Origin: Gammaproteobacteria bacterium
GTDB taxonomy: Bacteria > Pseudomonadota > Gammaproteobacteria > Burkholderiales > SHXO01
Assembly (NCBI GenBank): GCA_041488255.1
Contig: JBGPOV010000002.1
Coordinates: 23,509-87,508, forward strand
Reading direction: 5' to 3'
DNA: 64,000 bases
The notes under the pieces are model-generated. The model made no database searches, was not told where the DNA came from, and worked only from the letters and a program-made list of their open reading frames with translations. Shown here one piece after another: positions 30,118 through 37,495 of this stretch. The translations under genes and the position numbers were made by a program. Position 1 is the first letter of the stretch, and every line of letters starts with the position of its first letter.

Positions 30118-31754
30118 ATCGTCGCCTTTACCTCTTCCCCCCCACTTTGGGTATTTCTATCCGTCATGCCGTCAGGTGCCTTATCCAGCGGGGCTTTCAG
30201 GGGTTTTTCTATCCGTAAGGTGCCACCCTGCCTGACGGATGAAAAATTCCCGGAATCGCCCGTGGCTGTAGGGACCTGACGGACTGACGCTTGGAAAAGG
30301 GGAATCTGGGCGGAAGAAGGTATGTAGCGCACAAACGCTTCGGTAAACTGGTCGAGCTTGTACCCCTTCAAAGTACTTCCAGGGTCGCCTAGCCAGATAG
30401 TCTGCGAAACGATCTCGAAGGCGCGTAGTCGGTTGGCTAGTTGTCGCTGGGTCATCGCCTTCCCATGATGGAAAGTCGCCCAGGGGCGCTCAGGATCGGC
30501 ACACAGGGCCTCGATTAAATCCGCACTGGATAGCCGATCCTTGTCGCCGAACGCCTTGCGGATGTCGGCCAGCAGCTCGGTCCCGATCCCAGGGGCCTCG
30601 TTTTCTGCGCCAGAAAAGGCCTTGGCAGACTCAAGGGCCGCCTTGGTCCAATCCCCGCCAGCGGCCTCGGCGATCGCCAGCAGGGGCCACCAGTTGTCTG
30701 CAGCACGGTCATTTAACGTGTCAGCGATCTGCGGCTTGATCAGCCGGATGACCTGCGCGTTGTCGCGCGAGAACCTGACGCACTGGCGGCGCATCTGGTC
30801 CAGGTTCTTTGCATAGCGTAGTTTCTCCACCTTCTCGTTGGGCAGCCGGCGCCGCAGGTTGATAACGATGCATCGATCCTGCAACGTATCGGCGGGCTTG
30901 CCGATCATCGCCAGTACCTTCGGGCACCAGGTCGAGAAGCGCCTCGGCTCAAAGTCATCACCGCTGCATCGCATGACGAAGGCCAAATCTCTGGTGTGCC
31001 CAGAATTCATCACGCCGCGCAGCTCCTCGTTATCGGTCAAGAACGAATCCGCCTCGTCTACCAGCAGCGTCGGGCACCACTTCTCGATAGAGCGGTACAC
31101 GGCCGCCGGCGACACGTTGGATGCGGGCAGCGCGCGATAGGTTACGCGGGAAAGCCATGACAGCAAGGTCGTCTTGCCGCACCGCTTTTCTGGTGACAGC
31201 AGGGCCAGCAGAGGCGCGGTATCCACACTGTCTATCAAGTATGTGAACAGCACCCACAACGCCACGGTCTTGTCCGCGTGCTTGGGTAGCACGACAAAAC
31301 GGCGCACTGATGCTGCCAGGTCATCGAGTAGTTGCGCACCATCAACCTCGGCCCCCCAAGGCTCAATCTCCTGGAATATAGGCGTCTGCCCCACGCCATC
31401 AGCATCACCGCCGCGCTGCATCCTTACCGCGTCGTCCAGGGCACTGACGCGCACGCCTAGCTTTTCGGCTTCCGCCTCGCGTACCAGCTCATAGTCGAGC
31501 GGCGCCCGAGCCGCCAAGCCGGTGACGGCCTCCCTGATCTTGGGATCGCTCGACACAACCAGCGGATCGGCATCGCCTTGATGTCCCTTCACCCGTCGAA
31601 CAATGAGACCGGGAGCCTCGGCTGGCTTCTCGCCGGCCTGGCGCTTCCGGGCCCTCTCATCCAGAATTGACGCGCCTCTTGCCTCACCCTCTTGCCGTCG
31701 GCGTGACTGCTCAAAGATGCGCGGACCCTGCCCAACCTCAACGAAGTAAGCCAT
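30114..31754 (-). CDS. P-loop NTPase, DUF3631-like (putative replicative helicase/initiator of the island)
   Basis: Walker A SPEKRCGKTTLL and Walker B LLVDEADSF. Start set to the ATG at 31754 (GAGGAG 7 nt upstream), overlapping the upstream gene by 17 nt. Confidence 0.7.
   Translation of the reverse strand: MAYFVEVGQGPRIFEQSRRRQEGEARGASILDERARKRQAGEKPAEAPGLIVRRVKGHQGDADPLVVSSDPKIREAVTGLAARAPLDYELVREAEAEKLGVRVSALDDAVRMQRGGDADGVGQTPIFQEIEPWGAEVDGAQLLDDLAASVRRFVVLPKHADKTVALWVLFTYLIDSVDTAPLLALLSPEKRCGKTTLLSWLSRVTYRALPASNVSPAAVYRSIEKWCPTLLVDEADSFLTDNEELRGVMNSGHTRDLAFVMRCSGDDFEPRRFSTWCPKVLAMIGKPADTLQDRCIVINLRRRLPNEKVEKLRYAKNLDQMRRQCVRFSRDNAQVIRLIKPQIADTLNDRAADNWWPLLAIAEAAGGDWTKAALESAKAFSGAENEAPGIGTELLADIRKAFGDKDRLSSADLIEALCADPERPWATFHHGKAMTQRQLANRLRAFEIVSQTIWLGDPGSTLKGYKLDQFTEAFVRYIPSSAQIPLFQASVRQVPTATGDSGNFSSVRQGGTLRIEKPLKAPLDKAPDGMTDRNTQSGGEEVKATI
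30154..30290. repeat. Iteron-like repeat cluster (candidate ori) inside the 3' end of the P-loop gene
   Basis: TTTCTATCCGT at 30154-30164 and 30206-30216. CCGTCAGG at 30169-30176 on the plus strand, and as CCTGACGG at 30231-30238 and 30275-30282. Two copies are direct and two inverted. The repeats fall in different codon phases. Confidence 0.6.
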
Positions 31755-32166
31755 GAGCCAACTCCTCAGCATTGCGCAGACGCACGGCGGCCACACGTAG
31801 GCGGTCGCGGTCGATATCGCTCAAAGTGATCCCGTTGGCTAGGTTGTCGGCGGCAACGCTCGCGATCTCGACCTCGAACCCCACGCAACTCAAAACGGCG
31901 GCAGCATCGAAGGGACGACGCTCACGCGGCAGATGATCGCCGAGTGCGCGATCTGGGTAGAGATCCGACAGCCCCAAGCCGATCGCACTGAGCACATCCG
32001 TGACGCCACATCCGCCGAAGTCGTGGATCAGCACGCGCCCGTCCTCCAACTCACGCACCGCCAGGGATGGGTGCCGGTCTTCGTGTGCGGGACAGCGCGC
32101 GATCCAGCGGCGGGGTCCAACGGCACGCACGCCGGCGAGGCGGGAGATCAAGGCGTCTGCGCTCAT
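31738..32166 (-). CDS. Primase-helicase zinc-binding domain protein (stand-alone)
   Basis: WIARCPAHEDRHPSLAVRELEDGRVLIHDFGGCGVTDVLSAIGL is the Prim_Zn_Ribbon pattern. Confidence 0.75.
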   Translation of the reverse strand: MSADALISRLAGVRAVGPRRWIARCPAHEDRHPSLAVRELEDGRVLIHDFGGCGVTDVLSAIGLGLSDLYPDRALGDHLPRERRPFDAAAVLSCVGFEVEIASVAADNLANGITLSDIDRDRLRVAAVRLRNAEELAHGLLR

Positions 32167-32241
32167 GAGCCGCCCCTCAGTGGACTTCCATCATGGGAAG
32201 GCGATGAGGCGAGCCCCGACTCGAGGCTCTTCGCGCGCCAG

Positions 32242-32466
32242 TCACGAGCCCAACCGCGTGATCAATGCCCGGATATCCTCGACCCGCCATGCTGTCGTGC
32301 GCGGGCCGAGCTTTACCGGTTTGGGAAATCGCCCAGATCGAACGCCTTCCCACCAGGTAGACCGGCCGATTGGGATTAGCGCCGGAATGGGTGGATCCGC
32401 CTCGGGGTCGCCAACAATTTGCGGAAGCCTGACGTATCCGGTTTGCGGAAGAACAACGTTCAGCAT
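32242..32466 (-). CDS. alpA: AlpA-family phage/island transcriptional regulator (excisionase-like HTH)
   Basis: YVRLPQIV..LIPIGRSTWWEGVRSGRFPKPVKLGPRTTAWRVEDIRALI. Confidence 0.9.
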   Translation of the reverse strand: MLNVVLPQTGYVRLPQIVGDPEADPPIPALIPIGRSTWWEGVRSGRFPKPVKLGPRTTAWRVEDIRALITRLGS

Positions 32467-32583
32467 GGGCTATCTCCGTCTGACATGAAGCAGCCACATA
32501 CTGCTAGGTGCCCTATGAAATATCAAAGGGCAAATCGACGTGAGTTTTGGAACCGGTTTGCGGACTACGAACTACGGAAGCGC

Positions 32584-33285
32584 TCAGCTTCTCTCTTGAC
32601 GGCGTTGCGTGCGTTCGCGAAGCCGGGCCATCCGGTCGGGCAGCGCGGCCTCACTGACAATCAGACCATTCAGACGGGTCCTAAGCTCCCGCTCCTTCAC
32701 CGGGAGGCTTCCTTTGATGACCCGCAGGCAGCCGCGGATAAACGTTACATCGGCAGCGCTGACAGGCGTGTCAGGGTCAACCGGGCGCCCTCTCCACTCT
32801 CTCCAGAGGTTTCCGATCAATTCGTTTTCGGCTTCGTTCCCCTTATGCTGCGTACGTTCCGTCTTCGTCCTGGCGATACGCCCGGCGAGTGTCTCCCGTG
32901 CTCCGCCCATACCATTGAGAACGGCTTGAAGCGCGCGAAGCACGAGATCAAGTAGCTGCAGCGCTTCGCGCTCCTGCGATTCGGCCAGCCCCATCCGCAG
33001 GCGGCCCCTGTTGCGAATCTTGAGTTGAACTCCGGTCTTAATCAGCTCGAATGCCTCACCGTCGAGATTCCCGCGGAGCTTAGTAGCGGCCGATTCTATC
33101 GTGGCCAACTTCTTCTTAACCTCCGAGTTGGACTCGACGCGCTGTTGTGGCCACGCGATGTTGAGAAACTGGAAAGCGCACCCGTTCAGCTGATCACGCA
33201 GTTCATTGGCGTGCGCATCGGGCAAAGAAACACCGGCCCTTTGGGCGAGCTCCAGCACGTTTGCTTGCGTGAACTGGGTGGACAT
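32584..33285 (-). CDS. Hypothetical protein ORF-D (233 aa)
   Basis: GGAAGG SD. Predominantly helical and charged. No recognisable motif. Confidence 0.55.
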   Translation of the reverse strand: MSTQFTQANVLELAQRAGVSLPDAHANELRDQLNGCAFQFLNIAWPQQRVESNSEVKKKLATIESAATKLRGNLDGEAFELIKTGVQLKIRNRGRLRMGLAESQEREALQLLDLVLRALQAVLNGMGGARETLAGRIARTKTERTQHKGNEAENELIGNLWREWRGRPVDPDTPVSAADVTFIRGCLRVIKGSLPVKERELRTRLNGLIVSEAALPDRMARLRERTQRRQERS

Positions 33286-33297
33286 GACGCGCGCCTT

Positions 33298-33385
33298 CCA
33301 GCGCTGACCTTCAGGGAGAGGAGCCAGCCCGGCCGGGTGAAGGGATCCCGGTATTCCCGCCGTCGCGGTAGGGCTCGCCAGTAAA
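33298..33385. repeat. Island repeat, copy 2 (internal, between ORF-C and ORF-D)
   Basis: GACCTT..GAGAGGAGCCAGCCCGG(33316-33332)..GGGTGAAGG + 23-nt insert + CGGTAGGGCTCGCC. Same orientation as copy 1. Starts ~10 nt after the ORF-C stop. Confidence 0.7.
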
Positions 33386-33389
33386 AACT

Positions 33390-34295
33390 CTACTCTTGCG
33401 GACGCTGGCCGTTGTGGAGCAGTTGGCCGAGAAAGCGCTGGAAATTTGCGTCGTTCGATGCGCGCGTTGAGCCCTCACGAGCCGTCGCCTGTGCCTCCTC
33501 GTTCACCAGCTTTTCGACCTTGACCGGGACGGTGCGCAGCCCCTGCGCCGCGGCCTCGATCGCGTTGATGACCCCCTGCAATGCGGCTGGGTCTAGCGTG
33601 TAACGGTAGCCGTGGCGCGTCTCTACCGCGCGCCTGGCAAGCCGCGTCGCTGTGACAATCCAGTTCTCGAGATCCTCTCGGAACTCATGGGGGTTCTGGT
33701 AGCCGGCCCGTTCGTTCTGCCTTCGTTCCTCCGCGCGCCGTTCCTCGTCGAGATCGCGCTCGTGGATCAGCCAGCCATTCGGGGCCTGCTTAACTTCGTC
33801 TTCGTCTGCCGCGATACTAGCAGCAAGCAATGCACGCTCCGACCCGTAGTGAATGATCCTACTAACGACTACTCTTCTAGATTTAAAGTCCGTGTCGTGT
33901 AGTTCGTAACGCTCCAGCTCAGCGCTGAGCCGAATCAAGTTCCGCGGACAATTCTCCTCGAGAGTCAGGCGAAAGGCTCCATCGCCGTTTCTGTGCACTC
34001 GGCCTGCGTAGTCGCTGTGGTGTCGCCAATAGGACGGACTGAACACATGTACACCGCGCCTGATGGGATGGTCAGTGCAGGGCCATCTGAAATCGTCAGC
34101 GATGAATCCCGAAGCGCCGATCTGCTCCTTGGACCCGTGATAGTGCGTGATGACGCGATCGATATCCTGCCATGGGCCCATGAAACGCTCGAGGCGCAGG
34201 CCTGCCCGTGCTGCTTGTGCATCTCTGTCGCGGATGAACCCAGGGAGGTCTATGCTCTCGGGTGCGGGGATTGCCGTAGCTTTAAGCTTCGCCAT
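33390..34295 (-). CDS. Hypothetical protein ORF-C (301 aa), His/Cys-rich N-terminal half
   Basis: SD GAGGTGG. Overlaps the ORF-B stop by 14 nt. N-terminal half contains THYHG, CTDHP, YWRHHSDYAGRVHRNGDG and EENCPRN. C-terminal half is charged and helical. Confidence 0.6.
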   Translation of the reverse strand: MAKLKATAIPAPESIDLPGFIRDRDAQAARAGLRLERFMGPWQDIDRVITHYHGSKEQIGASGFIADDFRWPCTDHPIRRGVHVFSPSYWRHHSDYAGRVHRNGDGAFRLTLEENCPRNLIRLSAELERYELHDTDFKSRRVVVSRIIHYGSERALLAASIAADEDEVKQAPNGWLIHERDLDEERRAEERRQNERAGYQNPHEFREDLENWIVTATRLARRAVETRHGYRYTLDPAALQGVINAIEAAAQGLRTVPVKVEKLVNEEAQATAREGSTRASNDANFQRFLGQLLHNGQRPQE

Positions 34296-34533
34296 GTTCC
34301 ACCTCGCGCTTCTGTTTGGAAAAATCGATCGAAAACTGATCGATGTCGTCGGATAGTTCCTGTGCCATCCGCTCGCCCTGCGCGGCGACGATCCTGGCCT
34401 CGTGATTCGCCTCCCTCCCGGAATAGGGGTCGTCTCCAGCGAGTTGCGCGACCGCTTTGAACATCGTTACAAGTTTCAGTGCGCGAGCCTGGAAGGCCTG
34501 GACAGGATCCTTGTCGGTGCGGTTCTCAGTCAT
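34282..34533 (-). CDS. Hypothetical protein ORF-B (83 aa)
   Basis: Start set to the ATG at 34533 (GGAGG 6 nt upstream), overlapping the ORF-A stop as ATGACTGA. Confidence 0.55.
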   Translation of the reverse strand: MTENRTDKDPVQAFQARALKLVTMFKAVAQLAGDDPYSGREANHEARIVAAQGERMAQELSDDIDQFSIDFSKQKREVEHGEA

Positions 34534-34891
34534 GGGGCACCTCCGCGTGGGTCGTCCTGCCATCCCATTCATCGAATCGGCGAAGCGCTTCTTCGACCGC
34601 TATCAGTTCATGCAGCGCCAGTTGTGCAGCAGCCTTGAAGCTGCCTGGGAACGTGGCTGGCCCATCCCCATTCGTCAACAGATCGACTGCCCCGCGAGCC
34701 CTCCGGACAGCTGGCAGAACCACATCGGACAGCCATGCGAAACTCGGCTCTTGTTTGGCCTCGTAAACGCGCATGAATTCAGGCGATGACCGTCTTTGCC
34801 ATTCGCGTTCGGGATCATCCATCGTCCCTGCGGCGGGAACGGCCTTAAGAGATGCGGGCTTGCGTGCGGTGTTACGCTTGATGGTAGCCAT
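34526..34891 (-). CDS. Hypothetical protein ORF-A (121 aa), basic N-terminus
   Basis: GGAGG SD 8 nt upstream. First gene downstream of int on the same strand. Confidence 0.55.
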   Translation of the reverse strand: MATIKRNTARKPASLKAVPAAGTMDDPEREWQRRSSPEFMRVYEAKQEPSFAWLSDVVLPAVRRARGAVDLLTNGDGPATFPGSFKAAAQLALHELIAVEEALRRFDEWDGRTTHAEVPHD

Positions 34892-35001
34892 GATGCGAAC
34901 CTCCAGTTAGGTTTGCGTTGTGGTCAGGCCGGCAGCAGGTTCACCCCTGCTGTTCGGCCGCTTTGCCGTGGGAATCACCCCCGCCACGGCGTCGGGTACG
35001 G

Positions 35002-36264
35002 CTACACTGCCTTTCGCAGCGGTACGACCTTGCTGTCTCCTGCGGCGACCTGATCCAGGTAGTCCGCCCAGTGCTGCATCATCTGCCGGCGCTCCTCGAG
35101 ATACTCGGCCTGGTTGTAGGACGCGCGTGTCTTGTTGCGCTCCTTGTGGGCAAGCTGACGCTCGATCACGTCGGGGCGGAATGCCATTTCGTTGAGAATA
35201 GTCGATGCAGTCGCGCGGAAGCCGTGCGCCGAAAACTCGCCGTGATACCCCATGCGCTGGAGAACTCGGTTAATCGTCGTGACGCCGATGTAGAGCTTGG
35301 GTCGATGATTGTTCGGGAATAGCCACTTCTGCCCTCCCGTCAGAGTCTTCAGCTCGGTAAACAGGGCCACGGCTTGGCGAGAGAGTGGGACGACGTGGTC
35401 TTCGTCCATTTTCATTCGCTCCTTGGGTATCCGCCATAAAGCGCTTTTGAGGTCGATCTCCGCCCATTCCCCGCCCCGTAGCTCGATGGTTCGAACGAAC
35501 GTGAGCAACAGTAAGTGAACCGCGATCACCGTCGTGCGATGACCCCCGTACGCTGCCAGGCGCTTGAGGAATGTAGGTATCTCGGATTGACTGAGCGGCT
35601 GGTGGCTGTCGGTTCTCGGGACCTGGATTGCACCTTTGAGAGCGGCGGCCGGGTCCGCGTCAGCTCGAAGAGTGGAGACCGCGTAGCGGAAGATTGCTGA
35701 GCACCACTGACGCAGCATTAAAGCCATGGTCGCGGTGCGCTTCTCTACCTTTTGAAGAAGCACCAGCAGATGTGCCGCCGTTACCGACCGAATCGGTAGC
35801 GATCCAATATCCGGGAATGCGTCCGCCTCTAGTGCACGCAAGACCTTCTCCGCGTACCCGGCGCTCCAGTTCCCTTTGCGCTTCTCGTGCCACTCGCGCC
35901 CGATCGCTTCGAAGGTGTTTGCGCTTTCGGCAGTCCGCTTCAAGCGAGTAAGTTTGCGGGCGTGCGACGGATGGGTGCCTGACTTGACCAGAGCCCGCGC
36001 TTTGTCACGGTCAAGTCGAGCTTCGGAAAGGGTGAACACGCCACCCTGCCTGCGCAGTTCCGCTTCTGCGGCCGACTCATCTCTCGCCGGCGCTAGGTAT
36101 TCACCGAGAGCGAAAAGATTCTCCTTCCCGTCGATCCTATAGCGATAGCGCCACAGCTTCTTCCCGTTCGGTCGGACCTCTAGGTATAGGCCCTTCCCGT
36201 CCGTTATCTTCTGCGCCTTCTTGCTCTTTCGAGCATTCCGGACCGCGGTATCGGTGAGCGCCAT
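35002..36264 (-). CDS. int: Tyrosine recombinase/integrase, P4-type (DUF4102 N-domain)
   Basis: MALTDTAVRNAR...ITDGKGLYLEVRPNGKKLWRYRYRIDGKE, and the catalytic region HGFRATASTILNE...LAHKERNKTRASYNQAEY. Confidence 0.95.
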   Translation of the reverse strand: MALTDTAVRNARKSKKAQKITDGKGLYLEVRPNGKKLWRYRYRIDGKENLFALGEYLAPARDESAAEAELRRQGGVFTLSEARLDRDKARALVKSGTHPSHARKLTRLKRTAESANTFEAIGREWHEKRKGNWSAGYAEKVLRALEADAFPDIGSLPIRSVTAAHLLVLLQKVEKRTATMALMLRQWCSAIFRYAVSTLRADADPAAALKGAIQVPRTDSHQPLSQSEIPTFLKRLAAYGGHRTTVIAVHLLLLTFVRTIELRGGEWAEIDLKSALWRIPKERMKMDEDHVVPLSRQAVALFTELKTLTGGQKWLFPNNHRPKLYIGVTTINRVLQRMGYHGEFSAHGFRATASTILNEMAFRPDVIERQLAHKERNKTRASYNQAEYLEERRQMMQHWADYLDQVAAGDSKVVPLRKAV

Positions 36265-36314
36265 GTAATTGCTGGTATTCGATGAGCGGCGAATTGATAC
36301 CCACCAGGATACCC
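36247..36314. promoter_or_regulatory. Symmetric array of four GATACC hexamers at the int 5' end
   Basis: GGTATC 36247-36252, GGTATTC 36274-36280, GATACCC 36296-36302, GATACCC 36308-36314: two inverted plus two direct copies. Confidence 0.4.
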
Positions 36315-36550
36315 GCTTTTAGATTGGATGACAACAGACTTGCTCGGACCTTATCGGCCTGAATGCCCCGTCTGTTAGGGGGTAGGCCGGAACGGCTTGG
36401 ACGGTGTTGGATGTGCCGGGATGTCGGTGCTAGTTATCCCCAGCAACTGGCACATGAGGGCTCGGCGTCCGGTCTCAAATCTGGCTTGCGTCGCTGCGGC
36501 CCGTCGTAGTGTTAGCATTGCCCCAGGACGACGAGATTGTAGCAACCCCG

Positions 36551-37219
36551 ATGTCCAATAGAACCTTCGGCCTGCCTGACCTGATCTACGACTACATGCT
36601 GTCGGTGTCGCTGCGCGAGCCCGATATCCTAAAACGCCTGCGTGCCGAGACTGCCAAGCTGCCGATGGGGATGATGCAGATCGCCCCCGAGCAGGGGCAG
36701 CTGCTGTGGCTACTGGTGCAGGCGCTAAACCCCAAGCGGTGCCTGGAGGTGGGCGTGTTCACCGGCTACAGTTCGTTGATCGTGGCGCTTGCACTGGCGC
36801 CCGATGGCCACATCACGGCCTGCGACGTGAGTGAGGAATGGACCTCGATGGCGCGGCGCTACTGGCAGGAGGCGCGAGTCGAGCACAAGATCGACCTGTA
36901 CTTGGCCCCGGCGCTGCAGACCCTCGACCGCCTGGCCGCTCACGGGCAAGGCGGAAGCTACGACTTCGCCTTCATCGACGCAGACAAGGAAAACTACTGG
37001 GGCTACTACGAGCGCTCGCTCACCCTGCTGCGCCCCGGCGGCCTGATCGCCATCGACAACACCCTGTGGTCCGGCCGCCCCGCGGACCCGAAGGTCGACG
37101 ACGTCGATACCCGTGCCATCCGCGCCTTCAACCAGCGCCTGTCCAAGGACACCCGGGTCCGCATCAGCCTGGTGCCCATTGGAGACGGAATGACACTGGC
37201 CCTCAAACTGAGGACGTAG
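36551..37219 (+). CDS. Class I SAM-dependent O-methyltransferase (caffeoyl-CoA OMT-like)
   Basis: QGQLLWLLVQALNPKRCLEVGVFTGYSSL, YDFAFIDADKENY, GGLIAIDNTLW. Start trimmed to the ATG at 36551. Confidence 0.9.
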   Translation: MSNRTFGLPDLIYDYMLSVSLREPDILKRLRAETAKLPMGMMQIAPEQGQLLWLLVQALNPKRCLEVGVFTGYSSLIVALALAPDGHITACDVSEEWTSMARRYWQEARVEHKIDLYLAPALQTLDRLAAHGQGGSYDFAFIDADKENYWGYYERSLTLLRPGGLIAIDNTLWSGRPADPKVDDVDTRAIRAFNQRLSKDTRVRISLVPIGDGMTLALKLRT

Positions 37220-37365
37220 GGGCCGCACTGCTTTCGGGGGCGTCGCATCGGGGCGGACGCCCCATGGCTTGCCGCATGTTGCCCCATTCCTCGATCCTCG
37301 CAGGAAGCCATAGGCGGGCTTTACTTTGGCTTGGCGGCCCGAGTGCACTACCCCCTCACTGTCTT

Positions 37366-37380
37366 TGCTGCAACGCAGCA
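37366..37380. promoter_or_regulatory. TGC-type palindrome upstream of the phasin promoter (candidate PhaR operator)
   Basis: TGCTGC-AAC-GCAGCA is a perfect palindrome. A second TGC-ATC-GCA site lies at about 37425-37433, downstream of the -10. Confidence 0.45.
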
Positions 37381-37388
37381 GATTTAAG

Positions 37389-37416
37389 TTGACATCTCCA
37401 TGCGACCCCCTATAAT
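37389..37416 (+). promoter_or_regulatory. Consensus sigma70 promoter of the phasin gene
   Basis: TTGACA (37389-37394), a 16-nt spacer, then TATAAT (37411-37416), ~80 nt upstream of the ATG. Confidence 0.7.
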
Positions 37417-37495
37417 GCGTCTTGTGCATCGCAGCAATTCGGCTCGGATTCGAGCCAAGTAAGATCTTAACCCTCTAATTCAAAGGAGTAAACAT

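Larger units (their letters stand above)
25090..36400. mobile_element. Integrase-bearing genomic island with phage-satellite-like / integrative mobilisable architecture (boundaries approximate)
   Basis: Gene content switches to int, alpA, primase Zn-ribbon, P-loop DUF3631-like, SSB-like, TerS-like HTH and HicAB. G+C is visibly lower. The flanking core genes (24585-24824 minus; 36551-37219 plus) point away from the island. Confidence 0.8.
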
